DNA of 64,000 nucleotides, taken from positions 128,001 through 192,000 of the forward strand of contig CAWFSF010000006.1 in assembly GCA_963818475.1 (NCBI GenBank), in the 5' to 3' direction. Positions within the stretch are counted from its first letter, which is position 1. Every line of letters starts with the position of its first letter. Positions 63,461 through 64,000 of this stretch are shown here, in pieces. The translations under genes and the position numbers were made by a program. Origin of the DNA: Nitrospirota bacterium (GTDB lineage: Bacteria > Nitrospirota > UBA9217). The notes beneath the pieces were generated by a model. That model had not been told where the DNA came from and did no database searches. It worked only from the letters and a program-made list of their open reading frames with translations.

Positions 63461-63561
63461 TGCAAAGTGCAAAGTGCAAATTTCAAAGTGCAAAGTGGGC
63501 ACAGGCTAAGACCTCATGGTTTCATCAATTTGCACTTTGCATTTTACCCTTTGCAGTTTGC
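63461..63561. repeat. 7-bp periodic inverted repeat (TGCAAAG)n / (CTTTGCA)n
   Basis: Five units on each arm between cdaA and cdaR. Confidence 0.85.
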
Positions 63562-63576
63562 CTTGCTTTCAGGCAG

Positions 63577-64000
63577 CTACGCTTTCCTGCTCTTCGGCTT
63601 CACAAAAATGTCCGACAAGGTCTTCCTGAGGGCCTGGGCGTCGGCGTTGTGCTCGATCGCTCCGCCGGACACGACCGAGATCTCGCCGGTTTCCTCCGAT
63701 ACGACGACCACGATCGCGTCCGATTCTTCCGTGAGGCCGATGGCGGCGCGGTGGCGCGTACCCAGCGATTTCGAAATGTTCGATGCAAGCGTGAGCGGCA
63801 GAAAACAGCCCGCGGCGATGAGCCTCCCGTTCCGGATGATGGCGGCCCCGTCGTGGATCGGCGAATAGGGCAGGAAGATGCTGATGAGGATCTCCTTGGT
63901 CACTTTGGCGTCCAGTTCCGTTCCCATTTCCACGATGGTCGTGAGGTCGGTGTCGCGTTCGAGCACGATGAGCGATCCGATCCGCTTGTTCGCCATGGAG
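63577..64000 (-). CDS. cdaA: Diadenylate cyclase, C-terminal part
   Basis: PIHDGA, LGTRHRAA, VSEETG DAC motifs. Confidence 0.95.
   Translation of the reverse strand, partial: SMANKRIGSLIVLERDTDLTTIVEMGTELDAKVTKEILISIFLPYSPIHDGAAIIRNGRLIAAGCFLPLTLASNISKSLGTRHRAAIGLTEESDAIVVVVSEETGEISVVSGGAIEHNADAQALRKTLSDIFVKPKSRKA

Overview
Bacterial window, probably from a long-read assembly: several genes, including the essential glmM, carry isolated frameshifts. Gene content suggests a Nitrospirota/Desulfobacterota-like anaerobe (inference only). (1) 1-27.5 kb: exopolysaccharide/surface-glycan locus with GT2/GT4 enzymes, Wzy-like and Wzx proteins, a deacetylase, methyltransferases, radical SAM + ferredoxin, rfbA, ugd, a secreted beta-helix protein and a large S8 protease with a 991-bp internal duplication. 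(2) 27.6-41 kb: signalling and surface-protein block with a Crp-family regulator, a sigma54 two-component system, FN3 and Ig-repeat lipoproteins, REC-PilZ and YihY-cNMP. Three Crp-type class II promoters (site at -41.5) precede the secreted/surface protein genes, and one is followed by a GEMM-I riboswitch with the A20 (cGAMP-type) nucleotide. (3) 41-47.7 kb: housekeeping genes. (4) 47.76-58.38 kb: an integrase-less island bounded by a 44-bp direct repeat of the overlapping 3' ends of the LysR gene and comEC. It carries a type I R-M system with an embedded four-helix-bundle gene, small cargo genes, and a VapBC pair bracketed by RAYT 5'-end duplications. (5) comEC and the cdaA-cdaR-glmM operon. 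Many intergenic spaces hold MITE-like elements and 7/9-bp periodic inverted repeats, some of them inside coding sequences. No rRNA, tRNA or CRISPR array was seen.
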